A stretch of DNA of 64,000 bases from Longimicrobiales bacterium. Lineage in GTDB: Bacteria; Gemmatimonadota; Gemmatimonadetes; Longimicrobiales; Gaopeijiaceae. The first letter of the stretch is position 1, and the number at the start of each line of letters is the position of its first letter. The position numbers and the translations under genes are program-made. Under the pieces are notes generated by a model. The model did no database searches, was not told the origin of the DNA, and saw only the letters and a program-made list of their open reading frames with translations. Location of the stretch: contig CBDDCX010000008.1 of the NCBI GenBank assembly GCA_965226375.1, positions 1,216,001 through 1,280,000 on the forward strand. Reading direction: 5' to 3'. This document shows, in pieces, positions 9,587-18,411 of the stretch.

Positions 9587-10972
9587 ATGAGGATTGAACG
9601 CTATCGAAGGGGATCGGGCGGTGTGGGGGTGTTGCGGGTTGGTGCGCTCCTCGGCGCCCTGCTCTCCTCGGCGTGTGGTGAGCAGGTCGATCAGATCCGG
9701 AACGAGTTCCGGGACCTGACGCCTCATGAAGCCTATTACGAGTCCCTGCGAGCCGTCGGCTTGGCCGAGACCGCGTTGGGCACCGCGTGGTCCGAGGCTG
9801 CCTCCCGTTCTCTCGATGAGGCTCCCACCGTCGGGCTTCCCTACGAAGAGGAAGGCTTCCTCTTCCCTGAGACGCCGGGGGCCAGGAGCTACCTCGTGGA
9901 GCTCAGGCGCGGCCAACGACTGTCTCTGGATGTCGAACTGGACGGCGATGGGCCGACACGTCTGTTCCTGGACATCTACCGCATGCAGAGTGATCCCGGC
10001 AGGGCTCCCCTTCCGGTGTTGTCCTCGGACTCGGTACGCGGTGAAGTGGAGTACGTGGCGAGCCGGCGAGCCGATTACGTGGTCCGTCTCCAACCGGAGC
10101 TCCTGCGCGGCGGCCACTACCGCGTCGTCCTGAGAGCCGAAGCCTCCATGTCCTTTCCCGTGGAGGGACGGAACACCCGCGCCATCCTCAGCGTGTTCGG
10201 CGCGGACCGAGACGCTGGACGGCGCAGCCACCATGGTGTCGACATCTTCGCGCCTCGGGGCACGCCGGTGCTGTCCGCGACTCCGGGTCGTGTCACGCGA
10301 GTCCGGAATACGGCGATCGGTGGCAAGGTCGTTTGGGTGCGTGACTCGGACGAGCCCAATTCGGTGTACTACGCCCACCTCGATAGTCAGGTCGTAGAGG
10401 CGGGGGCCACCGTGGTCAAAGGGACCCTGCTCGGGTTCGTGGGCAATACCGGCAACGCCCGAACCACGCCGCCGCACCTGCACTTCGGGGTGTACCGGCG
10501 GCGTGAGGGGCCCGTGGACCCCTACTACTACCTTCTTAAGCCCTCTCAGGACCTGGTGGCGACCTCGGCCCCCTTGGACCACCTGGGTGCGTGGACACGA
10601 ACGATCAACCAGGGCATTCGGCTCAGAGGCGGACCCAGTCGTCGAGCCGAAGTCGTGGCCGAACTCGAAGAACACACCCCCGTGCGTGTTCTGGGGGCCG
10701 CCGGATCATGGTATCGAGTCCGCCTCCCCGATGGACGAGTCGGGTTCATTGCAGCCCGACTCACCGAGGCCGTGAATGAACCACTCCGCAGCCAGGTCCT
10801 GGCGCAGACCTCGCCCATGGTGAGCGGCCCGAGTGACAGTGCCCCGATGATGGAGGCAGTGGAGGCCGGTACGGGCGTGTCGGTGCTGGGAACCTTCGAG
10901 GGATTCCTGTACGTGCAGTCCCCGGGCGGGAATACGGGCTGGATGGCCAGCGAGCCCAGCACCTTCCCTTAG
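9587..10972 (+). CDS. M23 (LytM-like) peptidase lipoprotein with a PPC-like N-terminal domain and SH3b C-terminal domains
   Basis: Lipobox LLSSAC. M23 motifs HHGVDIFA, YYAHL, GNTGNA, PHLHFG. SH3-like LRGGPS...WYRVRLPDGRVGFI. Confidence 0.9.
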   Translation: MRIERYRRGSGGVGVLRVGALLGALLSSACGEQVDQIRNEFRDLTPHEAYYESLRAVGLAETALGTAWSEAASRSLDEAPTVGLPYEEEGFLFPETPGARSYLVELRRGQRLSLDVELDGDGPTRLFLDIYRMQSDPGRAPLPVLSSDSVRGEVEYVASRRADYVVRLQPELLRGGHYRVVLRAEASMSFPVEGRNTRAILSVFGADRDAGRRSHHGVDIFAPRGTPVLSATPGRVTRVRNTAIGGKVVWVRDSDEPNSVYYAHLDSQVVEAGATVVKGTLLGFVGNTGNARTTPPHLHFGVYRRREGPVDPYYYLLKPSQDLVATSAPLDHLGAWTRTINQGIRLRGGPSRRAEVVAELEEHTPVRVLGAAGSWYRVRLPDGRVGFIAARLTEAVNEPLRSQVLAQTSPMVSGPSDSAPMMEAVEAGTGVSVLGTFEGFLYVQSPGGNTGWMASEPSTFP

Positions 10973-10977
10973 AAGAG

Positions 10978-12112
10978 TTGGCCGGCTTGGAGCTGCGTGA
11001 CCGGCTGCGGGCCGCCAAAGAGCGGGGTGAGCCCCCCACGATCATCGCCCGGCACCGCATCGACGGCCCTGGGTCCACGTTGGACATGCGTGAGTTCCAA
11101 CAGGGTCTGTGGAAACCTCCGGTCTGGCCCGACGATCCACGCTCCGATCCGAGCGCTGCCTGGAGCGCCGAACTTCCCCGCACCATCTGCTTGACGATCG
11201 ACACCGGCACCCGAGTCGACGCCCACCCTCACGAGGCGGGCATGATCGCCGTCCGTTCTTCCGAGTACGGCACCGAAGTAGTGGGTCGCGCAGGACGGGT
11301 GGCTGCGAACCAGGCGAACTGGTTGGTCAAGGCGATCGACACCTTCGGCTTGAACGGGCTCGCCTTTGAGCTCCACAGCCTACGCCCCGGGCTCCTGTCC
11401 GCCGGTCTCGGCGGTTCGGCTACGGCCATGACGGCGGTATGCCTCTTGGCCAACAGGTTGGCCGGTGACCCCATGGACGGACTCCAGATCGTCGCTCTGG
11501 CGTCACGCCTCGAACAGGACCTGGGCACGAGTCTTACCGGCACTCAGGAACAGTCCAACGTGGTGTGGGGCGGAGTCGTCGACTACGTGTGGCTACCGTG
11601 GGGAATCCCGGGGGAACCGCGGCAAGGACTCGGCACTTCCCTACGTTATGACCTCGCCGAGCCGGACCGGTACCACGAGTTCTCGCAACGCATGGGCCCT
11701 CTTCCACACCGGTAAGACACGCTTCAGCTCCACGGTCAACCAAACCTGGTGCGACACGCTCCGCGACGAAGAATGCTTCCCGCGACTGACGGAGCTTCCG
11801 GGACACGCGTATGACTATCGTGAAGGGTTACGCCTGGGAGACTGGGCGCGCGTGCTCGAGAGCATCCGAGGATTCAGGCAGGTGCGTGTCGATCTCGTGC
11901 CACCCTATATGGCTGTAGCCGAGGCGCTGGCCGATCACGCCACTACGCTGGGCGTCGAGGTGTTCCCCTTGGGAGCCGGCGGGGGGGGAAGCGTGTTGGC
12001 GTTCGCTCCAGACCCCGCGGTGCTCGACACGCTACGGTCCCAGGTGATCGGTACGTACGACGAGATTCCCTTCCGGCTTATGGGGAAGGGACATGAGTTC
12101 ACGAACTGCTGA
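10978..12112 (+). CDS. GHMP-kinase family protein (HddA-like sugar kinase), split by a +1 frameshift at ~11694-11696
   Basis: RIDGPGSTLD, AGLGGSATA, GTQEQ, then in the other frame LFHTGKTR and GAGGGG. Removing one G gives SQRMALFHTGK. Confidence 0.75.
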
Positions 12113-12142
12113 GCTGGCCGACGGACCGAACGGCCGCGTCGT

Positions 12143-12454
12143 CTAGATCAAGAACGGCGCGACCAACCCTGCCATCGCCAGGACCGCAAACCACATTGCG
12201 GGCCGCGCGAACCAGGGCCGAAGCTCCTTGCGCACGTCGGTGATCCGATGGGGATTGATGGCGATGGCCATACGACCTTCCTCATCCTTCTTCCCGTCGA
12301 TGAGGCGGTCCTTCAGGAGGCCGTTCACGGCCTGCTGATACTTCGCGGCCTTGTCGCCATATCCGGGCAGAGTGCTCGGTCGTGTATAGTGACCGGCGCC
12401 GTTGCCGTCGTGAATCCGGTCCAGCTGTTTCAGAATTGTCTTCCGCGGTGACAT
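12143..12454 (-). CDS. Small hypothetical protein with a C-terminal membrane anchor
   Basis: 103 aa, ATG preceded by GAGGGG, basic N-terminus, hydrophobic tail AMWFAVLAMAGLVAPFLI. Confidence 0.6.
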   Translation of the reverse strand: MSPRKTILKQLDRIHDGNGAGHYTRPSTLPGYGDKAAKYQQAVNGLLKDRLIDGKKDEEGRMAIAINPHRITDVRKELRPWFARPAMWFAVLAMAGLVAPFLI

Positions 12455-12493
12455 GAGCCCCTCACGGTACGGTTTATCGTCAACCCGTCCACA

Positions 12494-13310
12494 CTACGAG
12501 ATCATAGCCTCAGAAGTTTTGGAAGGTTCCAAACTGATTAGACGGCGGCACGCTTCGCGGAGCACGGATTTCCTGCCGGCAATGACCTGATCGGCGTTCC
12601 CGAAGTGGACCTGCTCGGGGGTTAGCATCGAGATGCCGCCATGGCGGTGCTCGGCATTGTACCAGCGGAAGAACGATCGACAGAACGTCTTGGCTTGGCC
12701 CTGATCCCCGAACCGTCCGGGAAACGAGGGATGGTACTTCGGGAGCCTCGGAAAACGGGTTGTCATCCGACACCTGAGGCCGGCTCAACGAGCGGGTCAC
12801 GCCGAGGTCAGCGAGAAGTTGAGCGGTGCATTGGCTCGTCATTGGAGCTCCCCGATCCGAGTGCAGGGTCAGGACCCGGGGCTGGACGCCATGCTTCAGG
12901 CAGCTCTGCTGGATCAACCGGCCGGCCAGGGCCGAGTTCTCCCGGTCCGCCACCATCCAGCCCACGACGTAGCGGCTGTAGATGTCCATGATGACGTAGA
13001 GGTAGTAATAGCTCCACTTCTTCGGCCCGAGCAGCCGCGTGATATCCCAGGACCACACCTGGTTCGGCGCCGTGGCCATCAACTCGGGCTTCTTGCGGGA
13101 TGGGTGCGCTGCGCCCGGCGTTCCTGAACCGGCACCTCGGAGGCCAGAACACGATACATCGTGCGTTCGCTGCACAGGTAGACCTCTTCGTCGAGCAGCG
13201 TGGGTCCACACCGCTCGTTCGGTTGATGGGTCCTCGGGAGACCTCGAGGGCCGCGCACGCGCAGCGCGCCCCCGGTCACCTGAATTGTCACACTCCGCTC
13301 CTCCATCGTC
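12494..13310 (-). mobile_element. Decayed IS3-family transposase (rve/DDE core with deletions and frameshifts)
   Basis: Fragments in several frames: ACAALEVSR; TLLDEEVYLCSERTMYRVL; PELMATAPNQVWSWDITRL...HSDRGAPM...SRPQVSDDNPFSEA; LPKYHPSFPGRFG...WYNAEHRHGGI. Ends are not recognisable. Confidence 0.88.
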
Positions 13311-13365
13311 TCAGGAGGTTGTGCCGGGTGTTAACCGTCGTTCGAGAGGACGTGCACACAAAACC

Positions 13366-13611
13366 GTGAGCCCATACATACCGCAGGATCGACGTCGAGC
13401 AATCGACGAACAGGGTGCGCTACCGACCAACACCGGAGAGCTCACATACGCGCTATACCGGATGTGCCTCGATTACTTGCCGCCCAACGCGCGCTTCGCC
13501 GACTACTCGGAGGTCGTGGCCGCCCTGGAGTGCGCAAAGCTCGAGTTCTACCGACGTCGCGTGGCACCGTATGAGGACATCAAGATCACTGAGAGTGGTG
13601 ACGTGGTGTGA
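13366..13611 (+). CDS. Small phage-type protein (DUF6899-like, from recall)
   Basis: SPYIPQDRR...GELTY...ECAKLEFYRRRVAPYEDIKITESGDV. GTG start with GAGAGGA upstream. Confidence 0.75.
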   Translation: MSPYIPQDRRRAIDEQGALPTNTGELTYALYRMCLDYLPPNARFADYSEVVAALECAKLEFYRRRVAPYEDIKITESGDVV

Positions 13612-13653
13612 GGGTCGTATCAGACGCTCGGCGGCCGCCGCAGGAGTCCCCGT

Positions 13654-14541
13654 TTATTGTCCCGGCTCTGCCCTCATGATGAACCCCTTGGTCCAAATGA
13701 GGATCGCTCCACACGGACTCCTCATACCACCCACCCAAGCGGGCAGACCGCCCGCACCGGGATAGACCTCGACCGCCCCGATCTCAGCGACGTTGATGAG
13801 GCTCTGCCAGCCCGAACGTACCAAGTCAGTGTCACCCACCAGCTCGGCGAGCGGGCCTCCCGGCGTCCGCAACGGGTCCCCGGGATTCAGGGACTGACCC
13901 GCACCAAGGTCGATGACCCCGTCCTGCACGGTCCTACCATCGATGCTGATACTCGGACGACAGCCCCGTCGGCGGGTCGAGAATATGTCATACTCGTACC
14001 CCATGTCCGGGCGGACCACCATGACCCCCGTCATACCCTGGAAGACATCCTGGATATCGAGGGGTGGCCTTTCCTCAAAGTACTCCGGTGTCCGCATCTC
14101 ACCGAACCCCATATACTCTCGTTCGTAGAATCCGACACGGGCCAAGGCGATGCTCTCCCCCTCGACGATCGCGTCGAGTGGGTCCAGCAGAACAGGATCG
14201 ATTTGCAGACGCAGCTCAGCCATGGCGGCCTGCCCCGCTTCGAGCGCAAACCTCTCTGAAGTAGAAGCCTCATACCCGATACGCGTGGCGCGGAGCCGAT
14301 ACGCGCCGACCTCGGGCATCTCAGCGACGAACGCGCCATTCTCGTCCGTGACATACGTTTCGACTACGCTGTCATCCGAGTCCAGCAAAGCGACTTCGGC
14401 TATCCCCACGGGCTGGCCCGAGTCGTCGTCGACCACCGTCCCGATGATGGTCTGCGCCCAGGCGGGTGTGGTCGACCCGAACGTGAACAGAAGAGCGAGT
14501 ATGACCCCGTGCGGCCAGCCGCGTGGGTAGGCTCCATTCAC
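13654..14541 (-). CDS. Secreted carboxypeptidase-regulatory-like domain + TonB-plug-like domain protein (no barrel)
   Basis: Signal peptide ending AWA-Q. GTVVDDDSGQPV...YRLRATRIGY, then GFYER...CRPSISIDG...AVEVYPG...SPCGAILIWTK. Confidence 0.8.
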   Translation of the reverse strand: MNGAYPRGWPHGVILALLFTFGSTTPAWAQTIIGTVVDDDSGQPVGIAEVALLDSDDSVVETYVTDENGAFVAEMPEVGAYRLRATRIGYEASTSERFALEAGQAAMAELRLQIDPVLLDPLDAIVEGESIALARVGFYEREYMGFGEMRTPEYFEERPPLDIQDVFQGMTGVMVVRPDMGYEYDIFSTRRRGCRPSISIDGRTVQDGVIDLGAGQSLNPGDPLRTPGGPLAELVGDTDLVRSGWQSLINVAEIGAVEVYPGAGGLPAWVGGMRSPCGAILIWTKGFIMRAEPGQ

Positions 14542-14702
14542 TGGTTCATCTCCCTTCACCGGAGTAGGACGACTTATTCGTGTCACGTCCCTAAGATACG
14601 ATGTCGGACGGAGCAGGGTTACCCCTGCGATCGCGCACCAGGTACGCTGAGAACAGCCCCGCAAGGATCCAAGTCCTTGCAGGGCTTTCTTGTTTGGGTC
14701 AA

Positions 14703-14775
14703 AGCGGGCGACCGGACTCGAACCGGCGACCCTCAGCTTGGGAAGCTGATGCTCTACCAACTGAGCTACGCCCGC
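14703..14775 (-). tRNA. tRNA-Gly(CCC), copy 1
   Basis: GCGGGCGTAGCTCAGTTGGTAGAGCATCAGCTTCCCAAGCTGAGGGTCGCCGGTTCGAGTCCGGTCGCCCGCT folds as a full cloverleaf. CCA is not encoded. Confidence 0.97.
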
Positions 14776-14842
14776 GAAGGTCGTCGCCAGACCTCTGAGA
14801 ACAGCCCCGCAAGGATCCAAAGGGCTTTCTTGTTTGGGTCAA

Positions 14843-14915
14843 AGCGGGCGACCGGACTCGAACCGGCGACCCTCAGCTTGGGAAGCTGATGCTCTACCAA
14901 CTGAGCTACGCCCGC
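14843..14915 (-). tRNA. tRNA-Gly(CCC), copy 2
   Basis: Identical to 14703-14775. Confidence 0.97.
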
Positions 14916-14948
14916 GAAGGTCGTTAATCTATACGGGCCGTAGGGGCG

Positions 14949-14984
14949 AAAAAAGGCCGGGCGCCCCGCTGGGACGCCCGGCCT
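14949..14984 (-). terminator. Intrinsic terminator of the TPR gene
   Basis: Stem AGGCCGGGCG/CGCCCGGCCT followed by a U tract on the minus strand. Confidence 0.8.
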
Positions 14985-15008
14985 CGAGCCTCTTGGTCAG
15001 TCCGACGA

Positions 15009-16391
15009 CTAGCTCATGACCTCGTAGCTGTAGCCCATGACCGCGCGCTCGGTGTCGATCGACACCTGGAACCGCTGGGCGACGTCCACCGGCGGTACGG
15101 GCACGGAAACGTCCTTGGTCCCGAGTTCTACTCCACCATCGTCGTAAAAGTGGAAACGTAGCGAAACGGAGGCACCCTCTTCGAGCAGCTTGTTGGTCAC
15201 CGTGCCCAACACGAGCCCTCCATCACCCCTCGGCTGTAGCTGAAGATCGTCGACTAAGAACGTCATCTCCTGCATCGCCGTCAGGAGGGGGCCGACCTCA
15301 TCCGAGCGCCCAACCTGGGACAGAGCCCTGAGGTGCATCTGGTAGACCAGGTAATTCCGCCCGTCCATGTCCATCAGCTTCTGGGAGAGCGGAAGCTGAG
15401 CCTCGTAGTTCTCTGTAAGGGCCAGAGTCTGTACCAGGTTCTGGAGCGCGTCCCGGTACATGGGCGCCCGCTCGAGAACCTTCTCGAAGGCGATGGTCGC
15501 ACGCTCGTACGCCTCGGCTCCGTAGAGCGTGACCCCGGCGTTGAAGTAGTCGAGCGCCGACGCATCGTCGCTCTCCAGGATTTCGTCGTAGATGCCCAGG
15601 GCATCTTCGGCCTGTCCGGACTGCCCCAGGGCGATGGCCAAGCCACTCCGCGCCCGGTCGTCGTCGGGGTCCAGCTCCAGGATCTCCCGATAGATGGCCA
15701 CCGCCTCTTCGGCGCGATCATTTGCGCCAAGGACCTGTGCCAGGTTGGTCAAGGCCATCGGCCGCAACTCGTCGAGCCACTGTTGCCGGCTCGCTTCGTC
15801 CTTCGGCTTCGAGTCCGGAGAATCGATCACCGTGATCGCGGCCCTCCAGGCCTCGATGCTCTCATCCGGCTGTCCATTGTTGGCGTACGTGGCACCGAGG
15901 TTGAGAAACGCTTCTGGACGCTTGTCGAAGATGACGTTAGCGATACTGAAAAACTCCAGAGCGCCGTCCGTGTCATCCAAGTCCAGCGCCGCGATGCCCT
16001 CGTTGTAGGCATCGATCCAGCCGTTCTCGCGGTAGACGCCTGTCCCGCCTTCCTCGTCGAAGTAATCGGGATAAAGATCCTCAGCCTGATCGAAGGCGCT
16101 GTCAGCGGCCGCGTATTCCAGGAGCCCTAACCTAGCTACGCCCAGATGCAGAAAGCCCGTCGGGTTGGTCGGGTCACGGTCGATGGCCTTGTAGACGTCC
16201 TCGAGGGCCTCTCTGTAGCTCTCGGCGGCGACTAGCTGATCCTCGAGGCCCTGGGCCTTTTGCAGCTTGATGGCGACGAGCGCGTTACGGCTCTCCATCC
16301 GAGGTTCGTTCTCGGCGTCCTGGGCCAACGCCTGGGGCGGAGCCAGCAAGGCTCCGATGGCAAATAGGGTCAATCCCGCACGGAGGTACAT
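15009..16391 (-). CDS. Secreted tetratricopeptide-repeat protein with an FxLYD-like C-terminal domain
   Basis: Signal ALA-Q. Multiple TPRs (AFLNLGATY, YFNAGVTLY, ALQNLVQTL). C-terminal GTVTN...FHFYDDGGVELG. Confidence 0.85.
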   Translation of the reverse strand: MYLRAGLTLFAIGALLAPPQALAQDAENEPRMESRNALVAIKLQKAQGLEDQLVAAESYREALEDVYKAIDRDPTNPTGFLHLGVARLGLLEYAAADSAFDQAEDLYPDYFDEEGGTGVYRENGWIDAYNEGIAALDLDDTDGALEFFSIANVIFDKRPEAFLNLGATYANNGQPDESIEAWRAAITVIDSPDSKPKDEASRQQWLDELRPMALTNLAQVLGANDRAEEAVAIYREILELDPDDDRARSGLAIALGQSGQAEDALGIYDEILESDDASALDYFNAGVTLYGAEAYERATIAFEKVLERAPMYRDALQNLVQTLALTENYEAQLPLSQKLMDMDGRNYLVYQMHLRALSQVGRSDEVGPLLTAMQEMTFLVDDLQLQPRGDGGLVLGTVTNKLLEEGASVSLRFHFYDDGGVELGTKDVSVPVPPVDVAQRFQVSIDTERAVMGYSYEVMS

Positions 16392-16571
16392 CCGATTGCT
16401 CTCCTGATGAAACGAAGTGTGTACAGACCGAATAATTTAGAACTGCTTCGAAAGGGCGGCAATCCATCGTTCAATCGATACCAACTTATACTGCAAGACT
16501 TCCAAGGTGTTTCAACTGCAAGAATCGTCTACAAGCACAGGGTTGCCGATCCAGCCGGTCTACGGGAATGA

Positions 16572-18389
16572 TCATCGCCCCAGGTACGTGAGGACCCGGG
16601 TCGCCAGCGTGGTACTGAACCCGGGGAGTCGGGCGATTTCTTCGGCGCTGGCCGACTTGACCCCTTTGATCGATCCGAATCGTATCAGAAGGAGCTTCTG
16701 CCTCTCCGGCCCGATGCCAGGGATCTGTGAGAGGTCACTGCGCACGGTTCGCCTCCGCCGCAGCTTGCGATTGTAGGTGACGGCGAACCGGTGCGCCTCA
16801 TCTCGAATGCGCTGGAGCACGTGCAACGCCTTGTCTCGCCGGCCGAGCCGGAAAGGCTCACTCCTCCCCGGGCGGTAGACGAGTTCCTCCCTCTTGGCCA
16901 GCGACGCCAGAGCGACGTCCGTAACACCGAGCTCGGCCAAAGCGCCCTTGGCGGCTCCCAGCTGCCCCTTCCCGCCGTCGATCAGGGCCAAATCCGGAAG
17001 CGGCCGTTCCTCCTCGACCCGACGGCGGAAGTAGCGACTGACCACCTCGGCCATCGACCTATAGTCGTCGTTGCCCCAGTCGCCCTTGATGCGCATGTGG
17101 CGATACTCCGCCTTCTTGGGCTCCGCGTTCTCGAAGACGACGGCGCTCCCCACGGTCTCCGCTCCCTGGATGTGACTGATGTCGAAGCACACCATCAGGC
17201 GGGGCACCACCTTGAGGTCGAGTCGATCACGAAGGTCGTAGAGCACCTCGTCCGCCCGGTCCTGAACTCGCTCTGTGGCCGTCAGTCGATCCTCCAGTGC
17301 GTGGCGGGCGTTGTCACCTGCCAGCTCGGAGAGACGCCTCTTGGCGCCCCTCTGTGGCACGTGGATCGCCACCTTCCGCCCTGCGTCATCCAGGAGGATC
17401 TCCTCGAGGAGATCCATGTCCTCGAACTCGGTCGGAATCAGGATTTCCTTCGGAAGCTGCTGAGCACCCGTGGTGCCCCGCCCGAGGTAGTACCGTGAAG
17501 CGAAGGTCGTGAGGAGCGATGTGTCGCTCTCCTCCTCGATTTCGGAAAACCGGAGCGTATCACGGCCCAGCAGCACCCCACGGCGGATCCTCATCACCAC
17601 GGCCGCCGCGAGGTCCCCATCTCTGGCCAAACCGACCACGTCGTAATCACCACCTCGCAGCTTCTCCACCCGCTGCTGGCGCGCGAGGGCGTCCAACCCG
17701 GAAACGGCGTCGCGCAGGCGGGCGGCACGCTCGAACTCCAAGTCCACCGAAGCCTTGCGCATTTCCTTCTCGACACGCCGGCGTACGTCTTCGGTCTCAC
17801 CGTGGAGGACCTTGAGGATTTCGTCGATCATGGACCCGTACGAGGCCTGATCCTGATAACCGACGCAGGGGGCCAGACACCGACCGATGTGGTAGTCCAG
17901 ACACGGTCTCTCGGGCGCCTCCCGGGGCAGATCATACCGACAGGAGCGCACCGTGTAGAGCCGTTTGATGATCTCGAGAGCTTCTCGCATGGACCCCACC
18001 GAAGTGTAGGGCCCGAAGTAACGGGAGCCGTCATCGTTCAGGGTTCGTGTCACGAAGACGCGCGGGAACGGCTCCTGGATGGTCACTTTGATGTACGGAT
18101 AGCGCTTGTCGTCCCGCAGTTGGATGTTGAAGCGCGGCCGATGCTCTTTGATGAGGTTCGCCTCGAGGATGAGAGCTTCGGCTTCTGAGCCCACGACGAT
18201 CGTCTCGACGTCCTCCACGTGGCGAACCAGCTCTTGCGTCTTCAGGGATTGGCCGGAGGCGCGGAAGTAGCTCCTCACTCGCGGTCTCAGGGACTTGGCC
18301 TTGCCGACGTAGATGATCTCGCCCCCGCCGTCCCTGAAGAGATAGACACCGGGACGCGTCGGGAGCCCTCTGAGTTGATCCTTGATCAC
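16572..18389 (-). CDS. uvrC: Excinuclease ABC subunit C
   Basis: GIY-YIG PGVYLF..IYVGKAK, FDISH, IDGGKGQL, RDEAHRFA, HhH IPGIG. Confidence 0.98.
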   Translation of the reverse strand: MIKDQLRGLPTRPGVYLFRDGGGEIIYVGKAKSLRPRVRSYFRASGQSLKTQELVRHVEDVETIVVGSEAEALILEANLIKEHRPRFNIQLRDDKRYPYIKVTIQEPFPRVFVTRTLNDDGSRYFGPYTSVGSMREALEIIKRLYTVRSCRYDLPREAPERPCLDYHIGRCLAPCVGYQDQASYGSMIDEILKVLHGETEDVRRRVEKEMRKASVDLEFERAARLRDAVSGLDALARQQRVEKLRGGDYDVVGLARDGDLAAAVVMRIRRGVLLGRDTLRFSEIEEESDTSLLTTFASRYYLGRGTTGAQQLPKEILIPTEFEDMDLLEEILLDDAGRKVAIHVPQRGAKRRLSELAGDNARHALEDRLTATERVQDRADEVLYDLRDRLDLKVVPRLMVCFDISHIQGAETVGSAVVFENAEPKKAEYRHMRIKGDWGNDDYRSMAEVVSRYFRRRVEEERPLPDLALIDGGKGQLGAAKGALAELGVTDVALASLAKREELVYRPGRSEPFRLGRRDKALHVLQRIRDEAHRFAVTYNRKLRRRRTVRSDLSQIPGIGPERQKLLLIRFGSIKGVKSASAEEIARLPGFSTTLATRVLTYLGR

Positions 18390-18411
18390 TGGCCGACCAG
18401 GAAGAGCGAAT

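Larger units (their letters stand above)
14647..14924. repeat. Tandem duplication (138 and 130 bp) of tRNA-Gly plus its downstream hairpin
   Basis: Copies 14647-14784 and 14795-14924 are identical except that the second lacks 8 nt (GTCCTTGC). Confidence 0.92.

Noticed and set aside
8465..10675. 736-aa minus-strand ORF
   Set aside because: It is a chimera: antisense shadow of the M23 gene, plus the true N-terminus of the radical SAM gene, plus an off-frame tail after the indel.
14542..14820. N-terminal extension of the 388-aa ORF and small ORFs over 14509-15019
   Set aside because: These translate through the tRNA-Gly genes. The real start is near 14541 with an RBS and signal peptide.
14647..14924. 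Possible CRISPR-like repeat
   Set aside because: There are only two long units, each containing a tRNA, with no spacer pattern or cas genes. No CRISPR array was seen anywhere in the window.
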